A stretch of 40,295 bases of DNA, taken from contig JBBRPR010000071.1 of assembly GCA_038227875.1 (NCBI GenBank), forward strand, positions 1-40,295, read 5' to 3'. Both the position numbers and the translations under genes were made by a program. Position 1 is the stretch's first letter; every line of letters begins with the position of its first letter. Shown here piece by piece: positions 36,158 through 40,295 of the stretch. A model generated the notes under the pieces. It was not told where the DNA came from, made no database searches, and saw nothing but the letters and a program-made list of their open reading frames with translations. Source of the DNA: Planctomycetota bacterium. Lineage in GTDB: Bacteria; Planctomycetota; SZUA-567; H5-PLA8.

Positions 36158-39088
36158 ATGAAACCGCTGAGCGCCGCCGGATTGGGAATGTCTCTTCGCT
36201 TGAATGTTGGAACGATTCTTGCCGTGGTCACTCTTTCTCTGGCCATGGCCTCTTCAGTGTTCGGCGCATCAATCGCCATTATCCACGACGGCACTGCTGG
36301 AATTGAAGCCGACGTGCTCGCCAACGTCAGTGCCAAGCAGGTGACCGCAGGCAACACGGTATCGTCGTTCACGTCCGTTGCGGCTGCCGGAGTTCTCTCT
36401 ACGTACGAACAGATTTGGGATATCCGTTTCAACAATCCCACTCCACTCACGCCAGCTGATCAGGCGGCGTACCAGAGCTACGTTGGCGGAGGTGGCAATC
36501 TTTTTCTCGATGGCGAAAACGCCGGGTTTGCCACACGAAATGACAGCCTCGTTTCGTTTATCTCCCTGCTGGGCGGAGGAAACTTGATCCTGAACACTCC
36601 GGCCAACACGGAAACAGTCAACGCTCCATTAAATGCCTCCATCGCCGGCTCCAGCATCACATATTTAGCGGCAAATGGTGCTCTATTCGCAGGAAAAGGA
36701 TCCCACATCACCATCGACAGCAACGGCATCGGTGCCGCGCTGCTCTTTGGTCCTGGAAATTTGACCAATGCGCCGCTCGGCTCGGTGATTGTGGTGTTCG
36801 ACGTGAACTTTCTTCAGGCCAGTGCAGACGCGGCAAGCCAACAGCTGATCGCCAATATCATCACCTACCTCAACACTCCGACTATCGTGCCCAGCGACAC
36901 ACTCCTCGCCTTCTGGAAAGGCGGGGTGAACAGCCTGTGGTCCACAAAAAACGGAGGGACCACAAATTGGTCCTCGGCCCAGGCTGGCACGACGGACTTG
37001 GGCAAGCTACCCAATAGTTTAACCTCCGATGTGACCTTCTCTGCCACCGGCGCGGCCAATCAGAATTCCGTATTGGGAGCAGACTTTACCATCCGGAGCC
37101 TGACGGTGAATGACCCGGCTCCCGTGACCATCGGCGGCCTGAACACGCTGACGATTGTCGGACCCATCACCGTCAATAGCGGGGCGGGGCTGCTCACGCT
37201 CAACTCCGGCGGTCTGGTGGCTTCCGCGCCCACGCCAATGTTTACGGTTAACAATAGCGCGGGAATGGTCGTCAACAGTGGTCTCGGCAGCTCGGGAACC
37301 TCCGGCCTGAGTAAATTCGGAACCGGCACACTGACTCTTTCCGGGAGTAACACGTATACAGGACCCACCGTTGTGAATGCAGGCACGCTTCTGTTTACCC
37401 GTGAAGTCGCCCTCTATAACAACGTTCCCGCGAACTGGAACTCGGGAAAAATCACCGTTTCAAATGGCGCGACACTGATTCTCAATGTGGGCGGGACGGG
37501 TGAATTCACGTCGGCGGATGTGGACATCCTGAAAGCGATCGGCACCGGGGGTGGCGGCCTATTGACCGGCTCCACCTTTGCCTTGGACACCACCAATGCC
37601 GCCGGTGGAAAGTTCACCTACGTCAACAACCTCACCAACACCAACGGCGGAGTCAACAGTATCAACCTGACCAAATTGGGCGCCAATACGCTGGCCCTGA
37701 ATGGAGCCAACTCGTACACGGGCATCACCACTGTCTTCGCGGGCACTCTGCAGTTTGGCAAGGAAGTCTCGTTCTACAATAACACGCCCGCAAGCTGGAC
37801 AGCGGCGAATATTAAAATCGCCAGTGCGGCGACCCTGGCGCTGAACGTAGGCGGCCCGGGAGAATTCACGTCCGCGGACGTGGATAGCATCAAGACCATC
37901 GGCAGCCCCTTCTCCGGATTTACCGGCGGCTCCATTCTGGGGCTCGACACCACGAACGCGGCCGGCGGGCAGTTTACATATGCCACTGTGATTGGAGATC
38001 CCAATGGCGGGACCAATAGTATTGGTCTCACCAAACTGGGAACAAATATGCTGAACCTCACCGGCGCCAACACGTACACGGGACCGACGACGGTGAACGC
38101 GGGCACGCTACTGGTTAACGGCAGCATCGCATCCAGCAGTGCGGTCACCATCGGCACCGACGGTGCATTGGGCGGAACCGGAACTGGTCCGGGCACGATC
38201 ACCGCCAACGGCGCGATCGCCCCGGGCGCTGGGTCAGTCTCGGGTACCTATGCCATTTTGAATACCGGCAGCATCACTTTTTCCAGCACGGGATCGCTGG
38301 TGGTGAACGCGGGTGCGGGATCAGCAAACAACGATGCAATCACATCCACAGGCGTGGTCCAACTGGCGGGCACGCTGACGGTGAATGCTACGGGGCTCAA
38401 TCAACCCAGCTACGTCCTGATCTCGGCCCCTTCCATTTCCGGAAAGTTTACGACGGTCACTCCTGTCGCGGGCTACATCGTCTCCTATGCCACGCCAGGC
38501 CGGGTCACCTTGGTCCAAACAGTTCCGATTGTAGGCGCAGGCGTGGATAGCGACGGCGACGGTTTTTCAGACACGTTCGAAACCGCGGTGGGAAGTGATC
38601 CCAACAATGCCATCAGCACACCAACCGGTCAGCCCATCACGAACAGCTCCCTCCAGAAACTGTCGGTCGCAAAGACCGCGATCAAGCAGAACTTCGCCAA
38701 GGCCGGGAACGACGCCATCAGCCTGAGCGGGGGATTGCTGATACCTGACGGCACAGTGGTGGGCGGCCAAAAAGTTTATGTGGATATCGGCGGTGTTACC
38801 GGGTCGTTTACGTTGGACGCGAAGGGAGTTACCCCCAAGGCCAGCAATAGCTTCGCCGTCGGCGTGAAATCGGCCAAGGGAGTGGTCTTGCTGCAGGTGG
38901 CAAAGTTCGCCGTGAAGTTTACGAAGGGCTCTTTTGTCACGGCCTTGGCGGCACATGGACTGGTCAACGCAACCACGACCACGCACGTGACGATCCCCGT
39001 GTCGTTGGTCTTTAACGGTGACGTTCTACAGAAGCAGGTGACCTTGAGTTACAAGGCATCCGCAGGCAAGGGCGGCGCGGCGAAGTGA
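36158..39088 (+). CDS. Surface protein with autotransporter-associated beta-strand (PATR) repeats
   Basis: AGGAG RBS, three K.G.GTL.L.G.NTYTG.T.V.AGTL repeats, a DSDGDGFSD..E...GSDP Ca-binding-like motif, and a Lys-rich C-terminal domain. Confidence 0.9.
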   Translation: MKPLSAAGLGMSLRLNVGTILAVVTLSLAMASSVFGASIAIIHDGTAGIEADVLANVSAKQVTAGNTVSSFTSVAAAGVLSTYEQIWDIRFNNPTPLTPADQAAYQSYVGGGGNLFLDGENAGFATRNDSLVSFISLLGGGNLILNTPANTETVNAPLNASIAGSSITYLAANGALFAGKGSHITIDSNGIGAALLFGPGNLTNAPLGSVIVVFDVNFLQASADAASQQLIANIITYLNTPTIVPSDTLLAFWKGGVNSLWSTKNGGTTNWSSAQAGTTDLGKLPNSLTSDVTFSATGAANQNSVLGADFTIRSLTVNDPAPVTIGGLNTLTIVGPITVNSGAGLLTLNSGGLVASAPTPMFTVNNSAGMVVNSGLGSSGTSGLSKFGTGTLTLSGSNTYTGPTVVNAGTLLFTREVALYNNVPANWNSGKITVSNGATLILNVGGTGEFTSADVDILKAIGTGGGGLLTGSTFALDTTNAAGGKFTYVNNLTNTNGGVNSINLTKLGANTLALNGANSYTGITTVFAGTLQFGKEVSFYNNTPASWTAANIKIASAATLALNVGGPGEFTSADVDSIKTIGSPFSGFTGGSILGLDTTNAAGGQFTYATVIGDPNGGTNSIGLTKLGTNMLNLTGANTYTGPTTVNAGTLLVNGSIASSSAVTIGTDGALGGTGTGPGTITANGAIAPGAGSVSGTYAILNTGSITFSSTGSLVVNAGAGSANNDAITSTGVVQLAGTLTVNATGLNQPSYVLISAPSISGKFTTVTPVAGYIVSYATPGRVTLVQTVPIVGAGVDSDGDGFSDTFETAVGSDPNNAISTPTGQPITNSSLQKLSVAKTAIKQNFAKAGNDAISLSGGLLIPDGTVVGGQKVYVDIGGVTGSFTLDAKGVTPKASNSFAVGVKSAKGVVLLQVAKFAVKFTKGSFVTALAAHGLVNATTTTHVTIPVSLVFNGDVLQKQVTLSYKASAGKGGAAK

Positions 39089-39102
39089 TGTAAGGGGTAC
39101 GC

Positions 39103-39138
39103 ATAAGACTTCGCGCTTGAGGCAGCGCGAAGTCTTAT
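39103..39138 (+). terminator. 15-bp perfect hairpin, probable terminator
   Basis: ATAAGACTTCGCGCT-tgaggc-AGCGCGAAGTCTTAT, 14 nt after the PATR gene stop. Confidence 0.75.
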
Positions 39139-39204
39139 ATTAGTCACGGTCTTTACACGCGTGTTCGGTCCTTACCGTTTCCGACCCGTCGCGTCCACAC
39201 GCAT

Positions 39205-39501
39205 GTGTGGCCGAGCATGTGGTATAATAAAGATGCTTGGGGATTTTTACGGCACGCAATAACAATATGGAGACCTATCGAAACGTTGAGAAAACGGCGC
39301 ACGGCTAACCCTGAAGGCCATTCATGGGGCGTGGGACGAGTCCGCTTTAGGAAGGCGGGAATAATAACGATCTTAAGTTTATTGATCGCAGCAGTACTGG
39401 CTATCGCCATCGATGTCGCATATCAAGAACATCATCGGGCGCAGCAATTGCAGCTAAAATTGGATCGGGTTCAGTCGAAACCGCGATCAACAATACAGTA
39501 A
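39205..39501 (+). CDS. Possible small single-TM protein (start uncertain)
   Basis: ORF with one strong hydrophobic helix followed by a coiled-coil-like tail. AT-rich, with no clear RBS. Confidence 0.35.
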   Translation: MWPSMWYNKDAWGFLRHAITIWRPIETLRKRRTANPEGHSWGVGRVRFRKAGIITILSLLIAAVLAIAIDVAYQEHHRAQQLQLKLDRVQSKPRSTIQ

Positions 39502-39583
39502 CGCGAGTCATACAAACCATTAAATGCATCAAAGATTCACGGCTACGCCATGGGAGAATTCGTCATAATACTTATGGGAAAGT

Positions 39584-39627
39584 TGGAGGCCACGGCCGGA
39601 GTCGAACCGGCGTATAACGGTTTTGCA
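39584..39627 (-). mobile_element. 3' half of tRNA-Cys(GCA), i.e. att site of an integrated element
   Basis: The - strand reads T GCA AA ACCGT TATAC GCCGG TTCGACT CCGGC CGTGGCC T CCA. The D-arm and 5' acceptor strand are absent. Confidence 0.85.
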
Positions 39628-39819
39628 AAATGTTCTACTACCTATCAAACTTTAAACGACGTAGTATAAATGTAGTAGGAAAAGTTCCCGAGGCTTTGAG
39701 AAAATCACCCGTGCCCTCTGCCGATCCAACTATCACGATCTGAATGAGCCGCATTTCCAATTAAAGACACCCGATGGTAAGATAGTTAAAGTTTTCATTC
39801 CTAAGCCAAAGGTAAAGCC

Positions 39820-39967
39820 ATGAAAAAGAAATATTTTGAGCGCTGGAACTGGGAGCTTGATTTGGGCGAGGAAGAGCTTTTTGATTCCGATAATTTGTCG
39901 CCAAATCATGCTGTGGTGCTGTTTGACTATTGGGGGCGGATTTATCGGGTGGAGGAGTATACTCTAA
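39820..39967 (+). pseudogene. 5' part of a small acidic/aromatic ORF truncated by an IS
   Basis: MKKKYFERWNWELDLGEEELFDSDNLSPNHAVVLFDYWGRIYRVEEYTL runs into the IS end. Confidence 0.5.
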
Positions 39968-40295
39968 CAGCCCGTTGAAAAATGGCAGTTAGAACGTCCG
40001 GATGAGCGTCATATTGACAACACCGGAGAGCCGCGAGATGTCGATGGGCAAGCAGGACGAAAAGCAGGAAAGAGAATTCTGGATTGTGGTCGATGAGATG
40101 GCGGAGGCGCCCGGGCGTCCATTTTACAAGCGTTTGAACATCATTTTGCAGAAACTCGGGTTTGACCAGCGCGTCCACGAGGTATGCGCGAAATTTTATA
40201 AGGATGGCGGACGACCGAGCATCCCGCCGCCGGTGTATTTTCGCATGCTGATGCTGGGCTATTTCGAAGGATTGAGTTCGGAGCGCGACATTGCA
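39968..40295 (+). mobile_element. Left end of an IS1182/IS5-like insertion sequence
   Basis: CTAA followed by CAGCCCGTTGAAAAA, an IR-like end, about 70 nt upstream of the transposase ATG. Confidence 0.75.
40038..40295 (+). CDS. Transposase N-terminus (DUF772/InsH-N type, IS1182-like), runs off the window
   Basis: MSMGKQDEKQEREFWIVVDEMAEAPGRPFYKRLN...FYKDGGRPSIPPPVYFRMLMLGYFEGLSSERDIA. Confidence 0.9.
   Translation, partial: MSMGKQDEKQEREFWIVVDEMAEAPGRPFYKRLNIILQKLGFDQRVHEVCAKFYKDGGRPSIPPPVYFRMLMLGYFEGLSSERDIA

Noticed and set aside
39584..39660. Intact tRNA-Cys gene
   Set aside because: No D-arm or 5' acceptor strand (GGCCACG) is present upstream on the - strand.

Overview
High-GC bacterial chromosomal window. 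The gene style (many secreted proteins, a sulfatase, heptamer tandem repeats) suggests Planctomycetota or another PVC lineage, which is inference only. It is bounded on the left by the right end of an IS21-like element that splits a gene. On the right it ends in a tRNA-Cys 3' fragment (integration att site) followed by an IS1182/IS5-like transposase start. The core holds a sialate O-acetylesterase, a VIT/vWA protein, an M24 peptidase, a FIST protein, an ABC exporter, an M15A peptidase, a sulfatase, metF, a sugar-catabolism cluster with a GntR regulator, and two very large secreted proteins. Strongest findings: (1) a thioredoxin-NHL-repeat gene (24262..25881, -) that the ORF track splits in two is one frame with an in-frame TGA at the catalytic Cys position (UxxC), followed by a perfect 10-bp hairpin, i.e. 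a probable exported selenoprotein. (2) An AT-richer islet (about 1320-3710) has a near-consensus sigma70 promoter, a boxA-like motif, a foldable leader and two 133-bp direct repeats with att-like architecture that bracket an immunity-like gene, i.e. a candidate recombinase-type cassette system. (3) A 'GYTHYW' family protein has a signal peptide that would expose the family's conserved N-terminus. All family calls come from motif recognition by eye; no searches were run.
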